Source: Candidatus Woesearchaeota archaeon
Lineage (GTDB): Archaea > Nanobdellota > Nanobdellia > Pacearchaeales > GW2011-AR1
Assembly (NCBI GenBank): GCA_964544395.1
Contig: CAZJAO010000002.1
Coordinates: 5,071 to 69,070, forward strand
DNA length: 64,000 nt
Direction of reading: 5' to 3'
In this document: positions 36,268 to 45,335 of the stretch, one piece after another
Layout: each line of letters begins with the position of its first letter
Position numbering within the stretch: position 1 is the stretch's first letter
The notes under the pieces: generated by a model
Told to the model about the DNA's origin: nothing
Databases searched by the model: none
What the model saw: the letters and a program-made list of their open reading frames with translations, nothing else
Translations under genes and position numbers: made by a program

Positions 36268-37704
36268 TTATCCCTTAACAAATCTTCCTAAGGAAGGATT
36301 AATTATTTCCGGATGCTGTTGTGCAATGCTCTGGTAGAACTGATTTGTAATCATGATTACCAGTAAGATTGATGTTCCTGAAACTAAAGCCCCCATTAAA
36401 TCTGTAACAGAAGCAAGAAGTCCAATTGCTATTCCCCCCATTACCGTCAAAGGCATGACATATCTATCTAAGATTGTTTCTAAGACTCTTTCATCCTGCC
36501 TGAATCCTGCAACCTGCAATCCGGAAGCTGCAATCTTATGTGCCTGTGCCTTTGCATCCATTCCAGAGGTCTTAACCCAGAATACTGCAAATAGCGTTGA
36601 GAAAGCCATGAAGAATATTGCATGGATAATTCCTTGCAATATGTATTGGGGCAAGAAACCTCCTCTAATGAGTAAATCAAGAATATTTGTAGAGCCAATC
36701 CAGAATGCAAATCCTGAAACAGCCTGTCCCTGCACGAAATGTCCCAGGAAGGTAAAATGAGACGCAAATCGGGCAAGTCCCGTACAGGTTCCTCCAGATA
36801 GGCATGCTGTTGCTGCATTTTCAAAGATTCCCCCGAAGAGTTGTACATTCGCAACCAAGGCTGCTGTTAAAATAACTGGAATAACAGAAGCATAGAAGAA
36901 AGCTAATGGCTGCTTGACTGTGTATCCTCTTATTCTTCCAAAGGATAAAGGAATTTCAACTTTCAGACTTTGTGCCCACACAACCAATAAGAATATCCCG
37001 ACCGTTACAGCAATTGCAGCTGCTGCAGAAATTAATTCTACATTCTGTTTTGTGATTAGCGATTGTATCAAAACCAGAATCTTTCCTGAACAAGGAACTG
37101 TAGAGAAATTAAGCAAGCAATTTCTTCCCTGCTGGTCTATGAATTGTAATGAGCTTGTTATTAATCTCCATGAAACTCCTGCTGCAATGAACAAGCTTAT
37201 TCCCTGTCCCAGTCCCCATTTGCCGACTAATTCATCCATGTAATAGATTGCAATTCCACCGAGGATAAGCTGGAATATTACAAGCCAGGCAAACCCTGGA
37301 GCCGCCTGAAGTCCTTGCATTAAAACGTAAACTATTGCTTCAAATATTATGAAGAAGAATGTTAACATTTTTTGAAGTCCCTGGAAAAATCTTCTTCCTT
37401 CAGGATTTGTTGTATCTATATTCAAGATTCCCGAACCTGCAAGCAGTTGCAGGATAACAGAAGCCATGACAATCGGTCCAATACCCAATGAGATTATGCT
37501 TCCGAAATTTGTTCCAAGAATTATAGCAAGATATTGGAATCTTGACAAAGCATTAGCAGACAATCCGAAAAGGGGAATGTTAGTAAGTATAAAGAATGAA
37601 AGAAGAACAATAATAGTCCACTTTGCTTTTTCTCCGAAGCTAAGTTTTTTCTCTTCGGGAGATTTGATTTCAGGAATAAATTTGAGAATCCCTCTAAAAT
37701 CCAT
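36268..37704 (-). CDS. secY: Preprotein translocase subunit SecY (Sec61 alpha)
   Basis: 10 TM helices across 478 aa. It sits in the canonical position after rpl15. The N-terminus FIPEIKSPEEKKLSFGEKAKWT is typical of archaeal SecY. Confidence 0.9.
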   Translation of the reverse strand: MDFRGILKFIPEIKSPEEKKLSFGEKAKWTIIVLLSFFILTNIPLFGLSANALSRFQYLAIILGTNFGSIISLGIGPIVMASVILQLLAGSGILNIDTTNPEGRRFFQGLQKMLTFFFIIFEAIVYVLMQGLQAAPGFAWLVIFQLILGGIAIYYMDELVGKWGLGQGISLFIAAGVSWRLITSSLQFIDQQGRNCLLNFSTVPCSGKILVLIQSLITKQNVELISAAAAIAVTVGIFLLVVWAQSLKVEIPLSFGRIRGYTVKQPLAFFYASVIPVILTAALVANVQLFGGIFENAATACLSGGTCTGLARFASHFTFLGHFVQGQAVSGFAFWIGSTNILDLLIRGGFLPQYILQGIIHAIFFMAFSTLFAVFWVKTSGMDAKAQAHKIAASGLQVAGFRQDERVLETILDRYVMPLTVMGGIAIGLLASVTDLMGALVSGTSILLVIMITNQFYQSIAQQHPEIINPSLGRFVKG

Positions 37705-37705
37705 T

Positions 37706-38182
37706 TTATATCTCTTTATTATCAGCGTTTTCCTTTATAAAAATCTCGCCACCGCTTTTTTTAATTTTCTCTTCTGCAGCTTTTGACGCACTCATTGATT
37801 TTATAAAAAATTTGTTCTTTATATTTCCATCCCCCAAAATTTTGTAAGAGCTTAAATCAAGTTCAATTCCTCTTGCAGTCTTCTTAGCGATTCCTTTGGC
37901 AATAAAGTTATCAAGATTCATTTCAATGTCTCTTAAGTTGATTTTGTTTGCCTTGTCTTTCTTTGTTCCTTTGCTTGTGATTCCTTGTTTTCCAAAATAA
38001 TCATTTCCATAAAGTGCCTGAACTAATGTTTTCTTTTGGTCTCCTCTCTTACCTGTTCCGGCCATTCCTTTTCCTCCTCTATGCCCGCTTTTCTTATGCT
38101 TCTTTCTTGCTCCCCATCCATAAGTTCCGGCTCGCTTTCCTCTGTACTTTCCGGTCTTTCTTTTTCTATGTGTCTTTATCAT
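37706..38182 (-). CDS. rpl15: 50S ribosomal protein L15 (uL15)
   Basis: HRKRKTGKYRGKRAGTYGWGARKKHKKSGHRGGKGMAG. Confidence 0.85.
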   Translation of the reverse strand: MIKTHRKRKTGKYRGKRAGTYGWGARKKHKKSGHRGGKGMAGTGKRGDQKKTLVQALYGNDYFGKQGITSKGTKKDKANKINLRDIEMNLDNFIAKGIAKKTARGIELDLSSYKILGDGNIKNKFFIKSMSASKAAEEKIKKSGGEIFIKENADNKEI

Positions 38183-38598
38183 AACATTCTCTCCAATAAT
38201 TCATTTATTTTTTCTTTGTGATTTCCTAAAACTCCTTCGGGATAATGATATTTGCTCTTGATTCCTCCTCGTGGCGGATGCAATCTAAAGAAAGGCTTCA
38301 AGTTCAGTTCTTCATATTTTTTCCCCTTCTCAATTTCTTTTGCGACTTCTTTAGCATTAATTTTCTTTGTCTTATCTACAAGCTGCCCCCTCTTTTCCAC
38401 AAGTTTCTCAAATTGACCTTCAGTTATTTCTCCAAATGCAATCATGTCTTTGACTTTTTTGACCATACCCAATTGCTCCGCTTTTGGATGAGCAATAACT
38501 ACACATGAATATTTTCTTCTGATTCTTAATCTGTTCAGGGTTTCCTCTACGTCTCTCTTCAAATTAACTTCTCCCCTGATTCTTATAAGGCACATCAT
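38179..38598 (-). CDS. rpl30: 50S ribosomal protein L30 (uL30). The start is taken at the internal Met so that ATGA overlaps the rps5 stop.
   Basis: CLIRIRGEVNLKRDVEETLNRLRIRRKYSCVV. Confidence 0.8.
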   Translation of the reverse strand: MMCLIRIRGEVNLKRDVEETLNRLRIRRKYSCVVIAHPKAEQLGMVKKVKDMIAFGEITEGQFEKLVEKRGQLVDKTKKINAKEVAKEIEKGKKYEELNLKPFFRLHPPRGGIKSKYHYPEGVLGNHKEKINELLERML

Positions 38599-39413
38599 TT
38601 TGCGTTTGTTTTCTCCAATGCATTCATGCATGCTTTAACTAAATTGAATGTTGTTTGCTGTTTGCCAAATGTCTTGCTATAAACATCTTTAATACCCGCA
38701 AGTCTCAAAACCTTTTTTAATTCATCTGCGACTACTAATCCTGTTCCCTGAGGCGCTGGAATCAAGATAACTCTAACACTTCCCGACTTCCCAATAACCT
38801 TCATAGGAATTGAATGTTTTTCAGAACAGGAACAGTCAAAACTTCCGCAAGCTCTTCTGATTTTTATCAAATTAAGTTTGGCTTTTCTTACAGCTTTGTC
38901 TCTTGCAGGCAAAGTTTCTTTGGCTTTTCCGTCGCCAACTCCAATATGCCCATCTTCATCACCGACAATTGCCAATGCAGAGAAATTTGGAACGTTTCCC
39001 TCCTTTGTTTTCTTTTGAGTTTGTCTCCAGGCTCTTCTTTTTCCTCCGCCGAATTTTCCTTTTGATTGTCCTACCGAGCTTAAATCCGATTTCAAATTCA
39101 TCAAGGAATCAACAATTTTATCCTCGAGAATCTTTTGATTGCTGTCAAGAATTTCATCAATATTCTTTATTTTTCCTTCTTTGACTTCTCTCCCTAATTT
39201 TGTTTTTGGAGTCCAAGATAAAAATTCATTTCTTATTGATGTTTCTTTAGGAGCAACATAAGCTTTTCCTTCCAATTCTTTCTCTATTTCTTCTTCCAAT
39301 TCCATTTCTCCCGCATTTATGTCTTTTTCTATTATTTTTTCCGCAGCTTCAGCTACAGGTGAATCATAATCTTCTTTCTTAATTTCTGTTTTTCTACTGA
39401 TTTTTTCTGCCAT
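38595..39413 (-). CDS. rps5: 30S ribosomal protein S5 (uS5) with an acidic N-terminal extension.
   Basis: The dsRBD and S5 C-terminal domain are present: GKFGGGKRRAW...ALAIVGDEDGHIGVGDGKAKE...GSVRVILIPAPQGTGLV. Confidence 0.85.
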   Translation of the reverse strand: MAEKISRKTEIKKEDYDSPVAEAAEKIIEKDINAGEMELEEEIEKELEGKAYVAPKETSIRNEFLSWTPKTKLGREVKEGKIKNIDEILDSNQKILEDKIVDSLMNLKSDLSSVGQSKGKFGGGKRRAWRQTQKKTKEGNVPNFSALAIVGDEDGHIGVGDGKAKETLPARDKAVRKAKLNLIKIRRACGSFDCSCSEKHSIPMKVIGKSGSVRVILIPAPQGTGLVVADELKKVLRLAGIKDVYSKTFGKQQTTFNLVKACMNALEKTNAK

Positions 39414-39907
39414 TAATCTTTTTCAATATTCAATTTAATTTTTTCAAATGAAGATGAAAAATCTTTTTTCATATGTTCTCCCTTGATTCTGTTTGCTTCG
39501 GGAAATATCTTCGCATCATGGCTGAGTTTTAATCCTGCATCGATAAGTCCTTTAAGGAAAGCATAAGGTCTTGTTTTGTGGTCTGAAGAGGTCATTCCAA
39601 TATCGAAGATTGGCTTTTCCTTTTTTTCTTTCAAAATCTTTTTTCCCATAAGGAAACCTGTTAAGTAAGCAGCGGTAATTGATTTCAAGCTCCCCTCCAT
39701 TTCTTTGGGCCATCCATACTTTTCAAGATTTTTTGAAGTCAATCCGATTTCAATAGTATCTTTTGCTTCCTTTGAAGTTACATATTGTGCAATTATGTAC
39801 CTGTTTGTTCTTCTAAAAACAATTCTTGGAATGCCTCCGCTAAGCAACTTTATTCTTTTGCCGTAGTCGGTTTTTCCTTCTCGTCTTCGATTAAATACTT
39901 TTTTCAT
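39413..39907 (-). CDS. rpl18: 50S ribosomal protein L18 (uL18/L5e family)
   Basis: RRREGKTDYGKRIKLLSGGIPRIVFRRTNRYIIAQ. Confidence 0.85.
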   Translation of the reverse strand: MKKVFNRRREGKTDYGKRIKLLSGGIPRIVFRRTNRYIIAQYVTSKEAKDTIEIGLTSKNLEKYGWPKEMEGSLKSITAAYLTGFLMGKKILKEKKEKPIFDIGMTSSDHKTRPYAFLKGLIDAGLKLSHDAKIFPEANRIKGEHMKKDFSSSFEKIKLNIEKD

Positions 39908-40311
39908 TTTTCTAGTGTGTTAACGTATTCTTTTAGATGAGCCTTGCTTCTGAAGAATCTGTTTCTTATTTTCTTCCTGATATCTACTGTTTGCTCCTTC
40001 GTTAAAAGCTTTTTGTTTTTTAAATCCTGAACATCTTTTCTCAGCTTTCTTGTGATTGTGATGTACTCTCTCTTTCTGCTTCTGGCTTTCTTTCTGATAT
40101 TTCCCGGACCCCTTTTTACTTTTCTCTTAGGGGCAGATCTTCTTGCTTTAATGGGCCTGATTATGATTGCGCCGTCTTCTTTCAATGCTCTTATATCCTC
40201 TTTTGTGATAGCTTCTTTGATTTCATCGAGTCTTGGTTCTACGAAGATTATTCTCTTCTTGCCGACTCCGAAAACTCTTGCAGCAATTGCTTTCTTTTTA
40301 TCTAATTTCAT
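39904..40311 (-). CDS. rpl19e: 50S ribosomal protein L19e (eL19)
   Basis: KKAIAARVFGVGKKRIIF...AIIIRPIKARRS. Confidence 0.85.
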   Translation of the reverse strand: MKLDKKKAIAARVFGVGKKRIIFVEPRLDEIKEAITKEDIRALKEDGAIIIRPIKARRSAPKRKVKRGPGNIRKKARSRKREYITITRKLRKDVQDLKNKKLLTKEQTVDIRKKIRNRFFRSKAHLKEYVNTLEK

Positions 40312-40673
40312 TTTGCTTCCTTGAGGAATTTAGTTAAATTGAGATTCTGAATATGAACGTTTTCTGCTTTTGCTTTTTTGGCAATTTCCAATCTTTTCTT
40401 ATTTCCGACTTTTGCTATGATTGCAATTTCTCCTTTCTTGACTTTTGAAAGGTCTTTCAGATTCTTTATCATAACAACATTTTTGTCTTCTATTTTTCCT
40501 CTCAAAACCTTTTCTCCTCTGTAACCAATGCTGACAACAGGACCATATCCTTTTCTTTTCTCTCTCATCTTGTTATCTCTTCCATGAGGTCTTCTCCAAA
40601 CTTGCTTGTTCTTTCTTCTAAGTCCTGTCTTCGAATATCTTTCCCAGCCCCTTCTCAAAAATTTTGCAGTCAT
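40308..40673 (-). CDS. rpl32e: 50S ribosomal protein L32e (eL32)
   Basis: FLRRGWERYSKTGLRRKNKQVWRRPHGRDNKMR. Confidence 0.85.
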   Translation of the reverse strand: MTAKFLRRGWERYSKTGLRRKNKQVWRRPHGRDNKMREKRKGYGPVVSIGYRGEKVLRGKIEDKNVVMIKNLKDLSKVKKGEIAIIAKVGNKKRLEIAKKAKAENVHIQNLNLTKFLKEAK

Positions 40674-41212
40674 ATTTCTTTGCCCGCCTTATTTATTATG
40701 AAAATTCCATCTTGGAAAACTCTCTTATCTCTATTTCTGATTTTTGTTGCTGTTTCTATGTTTGCAGCAGTCTGTCCCGCAATTTCTTTGTTTACAGACT
40801 CTATTGTTATGAATTCTTTGTCTACCTTGACTTCTGCTCCTTCTGGAATCTTTGATTTTCTATTCTGTTTCTCTCCAAGGAAATTTTTGATAATCAATTC
40901 ATTGCCTTTTACTTCGGCAGTGATTGGGAAGTGAGAGAAGCATATTTTCATTTGGTATTCAAATTTCTTTGAAACACCCTTAATCATATTCCTTATATGC
41001 GCAATTCCGGTATTGATTCTTTTCTTTTCTTTTTTAGTTGCTTTCTTGCAGCTTATAGTCAAATGATTGCCTTCTTTGTGAATTTCCAGTTCTTTCAAAT
41101 CAAGTTTTCTTCTGGTTTCTCCCTGAGAACCTCTGATTATTATGATACTTCCTTCTAAGATAAGTTCCGTGTTTTCCGGAATTTCTATTTTTTGTGACAT
41201 TTCTTTCTTCAT
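40670..41212 (-). CDS. rpl6: 50S ribosomal protein L6 (uL6)
   Basis: Two alpha/beta repeat domains. IEIPENTELILEGSIIIIRGSQGE. Confidence 0.85.
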   Translation of the reverse strand: MKKEMSQKIEIPENTELILEGSIIIIRGSQGETRRKLDLKELEIHKEGNHLTISCKKATKKEKKRINTGIAHIRNMIKGVSKKFEYQMKICFSHFPITAEVKGNELIIKNFLGEKQNRKSKIPEGAEVKVDKEFITIESVNKEIAGQTAANIETATKIRNRDKRVFQDGIFIINKAGKEI

Positions 41213-41213
41213 T

Positions 41214-41594
41214 TTAATAAAAGTAGGAGATTAAGATTCCTCCGACTCCCTTCTCCATCGCTTCTTCATGGCTCATCAAGCCCTTGTTAGTTGAGATGAT
41301 TATTGTTCCAATATTTCTTGCGGGCAAATATCTTTTTCTGTATTTTTCAATTTGGTCTTTGTTTACTGTGAATCTTGGCTTGATTGATTTGCATTCGATG
41401 AAATTGCCGAAAACAACTTCAACACTTCTGTTCTTGCTGTCAATTTTGTATCTCTTGATTGCTTCTTTCTCTTTCATGATTTTCAGAATTTCAATTAAGA
41501 GGTTAGAGATTCTATCAATCTTGACGTTATCTCTTCCTGCCTTCTTGGCGTTCCTTATCATGTTCAATGCGTCTGCTACTATATCTTGTGCCAT
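41214..41594 (-). CDS. rps8: 30S ribosomal protein S8 (uS8)
   Basis: DIVADALNMIRNAKKAGRDNV...GTIIISTNKGLMSHEEAMEKGVGGILISYFY. Confidence 0.9.
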   Translation of the reverse strand: MAQDIVADALNMIRNAKKAGRDNVKIDRISNLLIEILKIMKEKEAIKRYKIDSKNRSVEVVFGNFIECKSIKPRFTVNKDQIEKYRKRYLPARNIGTIIISTNKGLMSHEEAMEKGVGGILISYFY

Positions 41595-41596
41595 TT

Positions 41597-41827
41597 TTAT
41601 GAGTATTTTCTGAAGCCAATGTCAACAGCTACTTCTCTGAAGCATTGTCTGCATAAATTTAATCCGTATGAACCTATATGTGCCCCGAATCTCCCGCATC
41701 TTTCACATTTGTTTAATGCGATTCCATTTTTTCTTACTTTAGGCTTGTTGTGCCTTATGAATTTGTCCATTACAACAGGCTTGTCCTTGAGCTGTTTCAA
41801 AACTTTTCTCCAATCACTTGCGGTCAT
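41597..41827 (-). CDS. rps14: 30S ribosomal protein S14 (uS14, zinc-binding type). The true start may be the internal Met about 19 codons in.
   Basis: CERCGRFGAHIGSYGLNLCRQCFRE is the C-x2-C...C-x2-C zinc motif of archaeal S14. Confidence 0.8.
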   Translation of the reverse strand: MTASDWRKVLKQLKDKPVVMDKFIRHNKPKVRKNGIALNKCERCGRFGAHIGSYGLNLCRQCFREVAVDIGFRKYS

Positions 41828-41828
41828 T

Positions 41829-42326
41829 TTATATGAACCTCGTTTGATACTTCTCTTCCATGTATTTAATTATTTCTTCCTTGCTGATTCTTTGTTTTTT
41901 AGGGAGACTCTTATTTCTAATTCTTCTGAGCTGGATTCTTTTTCCCGCTCTTGCGAATGTGAGTGTGACATCAAATCCGGTAATTCCCAATTCTCTTTGA
42001 TATTCAAGTCCTGGAACTTCAATGTATTCTTTGATTCCAAAGGAGAAGGTATTCTCGCTGATTTGTTTTTTTCTTATTTTATTATCAATCGCTACTAGGA
42101 CTCTTCTTAACAATGCGTCAAAATCTCTTCTGATTGTTATGACTGAACCAACATTTAAGTTTGGTCTAACATTCAAGGTTGGAATTCTTTTTCTTGTTTT
42201 CATTTTTGCGGCTTTTCTTCCTGTAAGCAATTCAATCAGTTTTGTGTTCTTCTCTAACTTGTCTTCAGTTCCACCTACACTGATTACGACCTTCTCAATT
42301 TTTATTTCACGCATATTTTGACTCAT
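41829..42326 (-). CDS. rpl5: 50S ribosomal protein L5 (uL5)
   Basis: EIKIEKVVISVGGTEDKLEKNTKLIELLTGRKAAKMKTRKRIPTLNVRPN. Confidence 0.9.
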   Translation of the reverse strand: MSQNMREIKIEKVVISVGGTEDKLEKNTKLIELLTGRKAAKMKTRKRIPTLNVRPNLNVGSVITIRRDFDALLRRVLVAIDNKIRKKQISENTFSFGIKEYIEVPGLEYQRELGITGFDVTLTFARAGKRIQLRRIRNKSLPKKQRISKEEIIKYMEEKYQTRFI

Positions 42327-42988
42327 TCTAGCACCATAATTTGTTTAATTAAAATATTAATCATTTCGCCATTGCTTTCCAATTTTGCCATGCTCTTCTC
42401 TTCATCAATTTCTTTTATAACTCCTTCTTCTCCAGCGTGCTTTCCCGCGAAAACAATCGCTTTTGCATCTTTCTTCATTGGAACACATTTTTCTATTTTC
42501 TTGCTTTTCAAGTTAACAAGAACAGAATCATTTGTTTTGCATTTTAAATCTGAAATAAAATTTCTTCCATCGCTGAGATTAATCTGCGTTTTCTTTCCTT
42601 TCAATGTAGTTTTGTTGATAACTTTGGCAGTCTTGTGTTCTGATTCTTGTTTATTAATTTCTTTCAATTCGAATTTCTTGTTCATTCCCATTAATACCCT
42701 GTAATTTTTTTCGGACAAGTTGCTTCCTTCAGGAGGAACAATTGTTATAACGTCTAATAGAACTGCATTATCTCTGTCATCAAAAACAGCCCTATGATTT
42801 AACAAGATTTGTCTTGAATTTAGCGCCTTCTTGACTTCTCTTCTGTCTTTGGCAAATTTAAGCATGTCTCTTATTGCAATCAAAATTGGAACACCTTGGT
42901 CAATGCTATATTTAGGTCTGACTAAGTAAGTTGTTCCTTTTCTTTCAATAGGCCAGCTTTTTGGACTCTGTTGTCTTTTTAGGTGCAT
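42323..42988 (-). CDS. rps4e: 30S ribosomal protein S4e (eS4)
   Basis: MHLKRQQSPKSWPIERKGTTYLVRP is the eS4 N-terminal signature. S4 and KOW domains are present. Confidence 0.9.
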   Translation of the reverse strand: MHLKRQQSPKSWPIERKGTTYLVRPKYSIDQGVPILIAIRDMLKFAKDRREVKKALNSRQILLNHRAVFDDRDNAVLLDVITIVPPEGSNLSEKNYRVLMGMNKKFELKEINKQESEHKTAKVINKTTLKGKKTQINLSDGRNFISDLKCKTNDSVLVNLKSKKIEKCVPMKKDAKAIVFAGKHAGEEGVIKEIDEEKSMAKLESNGEMINILIKQIMVLE

Positions 42989-42989
42989 T

Positions 42990-43448
42990 TTACTTTTTCT
43001 CCTTAGATTCTGTTTTTACTTGATTTGTTTTTGGAGGTGAGGAACCATCTGTATTGTTCTGCTTTTTAATTCTTCGTTTATCTTCCATATTCAATTCCTG
43101 TATTTGTAAGTTTGAAGGTTCCATCTTGACATCAACTTTTGAGCCATCTTTCTTTTTTATTTGGATTCCATCAATTATGATTTTTGAAGTCTTCAATAAG
43201 ATTTTTGTAACTTTACCCTTCTTTCCTCTAAATTTTCCTCTCATTATCAGGACACTGTCGCCTTTTCTAAGAGTAATATTTCTCATGTTATGCTTCTTTC
43301 TCAAGTCTTCTGAAAGATTTGCGCTTACAAGTTTGTTCTTTATGTGAAGAGGAGCTTTAGCTACATACTTCCTCTGCTTTCGAGGTTGCGAGCTCGCTTT
43401 CCAACTTTTCTTAAATTTTATTTTCATTTTAATATACCGTTGACGCAA
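42990..43448 (-). CDS. rpl24: 50S ribosomal protein L24 (uL24) with a C-terminal extension.
   Basis: KOW motif: LRKGDSVLIMRGKFRGKKGKVTKI. Confidence 0.85.
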   Translation of the reverse strand: MRQRYIKMKIKFKKSWKASSQPRKQRKYVAKAPLHIKNKLVSANLSEDLRKKHNMRNITLRKGDSVLIMRGKFRGKKGKVTKILLKTSKIIIDGIQIKKKDGSKVDVKMEPSNLQIQELNMEDKRRIKKQNNTDGSSPPKTNQVKTESKEKK

Positions 43449-43830
43449 TTTTAGCTACCTGTGGCCATCTTTCCATGATTTCTCTTGCAACAGGCCCCTT
43501 GATTTGCGTTCCTTTAGGATTTCCTTTTTCATCTTTCAAGAGTGCGACTGCATTGTCTTCAAATGCGATTCTCTCCCCATTGAATCTTCTGTACGATTTC
43601 TTTTGTCTTATGACTATTGCATCAAATACTTTTCCTCTCATGTCTGGAAGGCCTTTTCTTACGCTAACTTTTACCCAGTCGCCGATTTTTGCAGCTGTCT
43701 GTCTTCCCTTTGAACCTTTCCATCTCTTGGCAGAAACAATTCTTACAATTCTTGCTCCGCTATTGTCTGCTGCAATTACCATTGAACCTTGGTTCAGGCT
43801 TCTTGTTGCTCTCGCTCCTATTGCTTTCAT
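43429..43830 (-). CDS. rpl14: 50S ribosomal protein L14 (uL14)
   Basis: VIAADNSGARIVRIVSA...AIVIRQKKSYRRFNGERIAFEDNAVAL. Confidence 0.9.
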   Translation of the reverse strand: MKAIGARATRSLNQGSMVIAADNSGARIVRIVSAKRWKGSKGRQTAAKIGDWVKVSVRKGLPDMRGKVFDAIVIRQKKSYRRFNGERIAFEDNAVALLKDEKGNPKGTQIKGPVAREIMERWPQVAKIASTVY

Positions 43831-44186
43831 TGTTTTTGTTCTCCTAACATGATTTTATTTGTAACTACAAAATGTATAATTTTACTTAAGGGTCTGCATT
43901 CTTCAATTCTTACAAAATCTCCTACGTTGACCTGTTTTTCAATACACAGAGGAAGTCTTGCATGAATCTTTGTCTTGAGTTTTGCATACCTCTCATATTT
44001 TCTTACGTAGATTGTTCTTTCAAATTCAATTGCAATTCTTTTATGCGACTTGCTAATCACGACACCATTGAACCCTCTTCCCCGGACGCTTAATTTTCCG
44101 TGGAATGGGCAATTGACATCATGACAGTCAGCTCCGACTATTTCGGGATATTTCATTTTCTTTGTTTCTTTCATTTTTGTTTCCAT
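43827..44186 (-). CDS. rps17: 30S ribosomal protein S17 (uS17)
   Basis: GKLSVRGRGFNGVVISKSHKRIAIEFERTIYVRKYERY...GDFVRIEECRPLSK. Confidence 0.85.
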   Translation of the reverse strand: METKMKETKKMKYPEIVGADCHDVNCPFHGKLSVRGRGFNGVVISKSHKRIAIEFERTIYVRKYERYAKLKTKIHARLPLCIEKQVNVGDFVRIEECRPLSKIIHFVVTNKIMLGEQKQ

Positions 44187-44213
44187 TTCGTTTTGTCGTC
44201 TGTTTTTGTTTGT

Positions 44214-44501
44214 TTACTCTATGTTAAAGCCCATCTTTTCAAGGATAGGTTTTATCCTTCGTAGGTGATCTCCCTGAAGCTCTACGGAATTCCCCTCGAA
44301 AGTTCCGCCGCAGGCAAGTTCGTTCTTCAGGTCTTTTGCAACCTTTCTGACGTCCACGCCTTTGTCGAAACCTGAGACAATCGTAACGGTTTTTCCGTAC
44401 TTCTTCTTGTCTAAGGTCACCCGTATCTTCTGACCGGCCTTAACAATCTGTTCACAAACGCATGCCTCTAAAGGCAATCCGCATTTTGGACATATATTCA
44501 T
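44214..44501 (-). CDS. sui1: Translation initiation factor SUI1 (aSUI1/eIF1 family, with an N-terminal zinc knuckle)
   Basis: ICPKCGLPLEACVCE...IRVTLDKKKYGKTVTIVSGFD...LKNELACGGTFEGNSVELQGDH. Confidence 0.8.
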   Translation of the reverse strand: MNICPKCGLPLEACVCEQIVKAGQKIRVTLDKKKYGKTVTIVSGFDKGVDVRKVAKDLKNELACGGTFEGNSVELQGDHLRRIKPILEKMGFNIE

Positions 44502-44502
44502 T

Positions 44503-44670
44503 TTATTTGTTGAGTGTGAGTATTTGGGCTATTGTTCTTTTAATGTTTTTTATTTTTGAACTTCCGCCCTTGGAAGCATTAACTTTTGACTTTACCAATT
44601 CTAATTTTAATTCTTTGATTTTGTGTTCTCTTTCTTCAGCATTCATATTCTTGAATTCTTTTGATTTCAT
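44503..44670 (-). CDS. rpl29: 50S ribosomal protein L29 (uL29). At 55 aa it is below the ORF-track size cutoff.
   Basis: Hand translation of the minus strand gives MKSKEFKNMNAEEREHKIKELKLELVKSKVNASKGGSSKIKNIKRTIAQILTLNK. Its ATG overlaps the rps3 TGA (ATGA). Its TAA stop lies 1 nt from the SUI1 ATG. Confidence 0.7.
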   Translation of the reverse strand: MKSKEFKNMNAEEREHKIKELKLELVKSKVNASKGGSSKIKNIKRTIAQILTLNK

Positions 44671-45335
44671 TTTTTGCTGTGTTTCTTTGTTTTAATTGGT
44701 TCTTCTTTGAATTGAGCATTAGCCCTTAGCTTTTCAATTAATTCATCATTGACTATGATTTTATCATAAATTTTTGCATCGGGAGCCATGATTCCAACCT
44801 TTACTCCAACTGTTCCCGGTCTTGTTTCTGCTCTTGATTGTGCTCTATCGACTACTTTTGCACTTTCTCCGGTTTTCTTCAAATAACCTTGAGCGAATCT
44901 CCATGACTTTGCTCTTGCGCCAGGAAGCTTTCCACTCAATCTGATTTCAGCACCGAGAGCCTTTGCCTCGATTATTTTTTGCAAAGTTCTGTATGCAATT
45001 ACCTTGAATCTCAAAGGACCAAATCTTTCTAATCCTAATGCAATTTCATCAGCAGTTATTTGAGCATCAAATTCAGGATGCCTGATTTCTTCTATTTCAA
45101 GATGAGGGTTTTCCAATTTGAATTTTGTTTTCAATATTCTTGTCAATTCATCAATTCTTTCTCCGCCTCTGCCGATAACCAAACCGGTTTTATGTGTAGA
45201 GATAATTATCTTTTCTCCGACGGGGGTGTACTCTATTTGAACTCTGCTGACTTTTCCTCTACCAACTGAGCTCTTTACAAATTCCTTGATTGCAAATTCA
45301 TCTTTCTTGAATTTTACTACGTTTTTTTCTTCCAT
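44667..45335 (-). CDS. rps3: 30S ribosomal protein S3 (uS3)
   Basis: KH domain (GLVIGRGGERIDELTRIL) plus the S3 C-terminal domain. Confidence 0.9.
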   Translation of the reverse strand: MEEKNVVKFKKDEFAIKEFVKSSVGRGKVSRVQIEYTPVGEKIIISTHKTGLVIGRGGERIDELTRILKTKFKLENPHLEIEEIRHPEFDAQITADEIALGLERFGPLRFKVIAYRTLQKIIEAKALGAEIRLSGKLPGARAKSWRFAQGYLKKTGESAKVVDRAQSRAETRPGTVGVKVGIMAPDAKIYDKIIVNDELIEKLRANAQFKEEPIKTKKHSKK

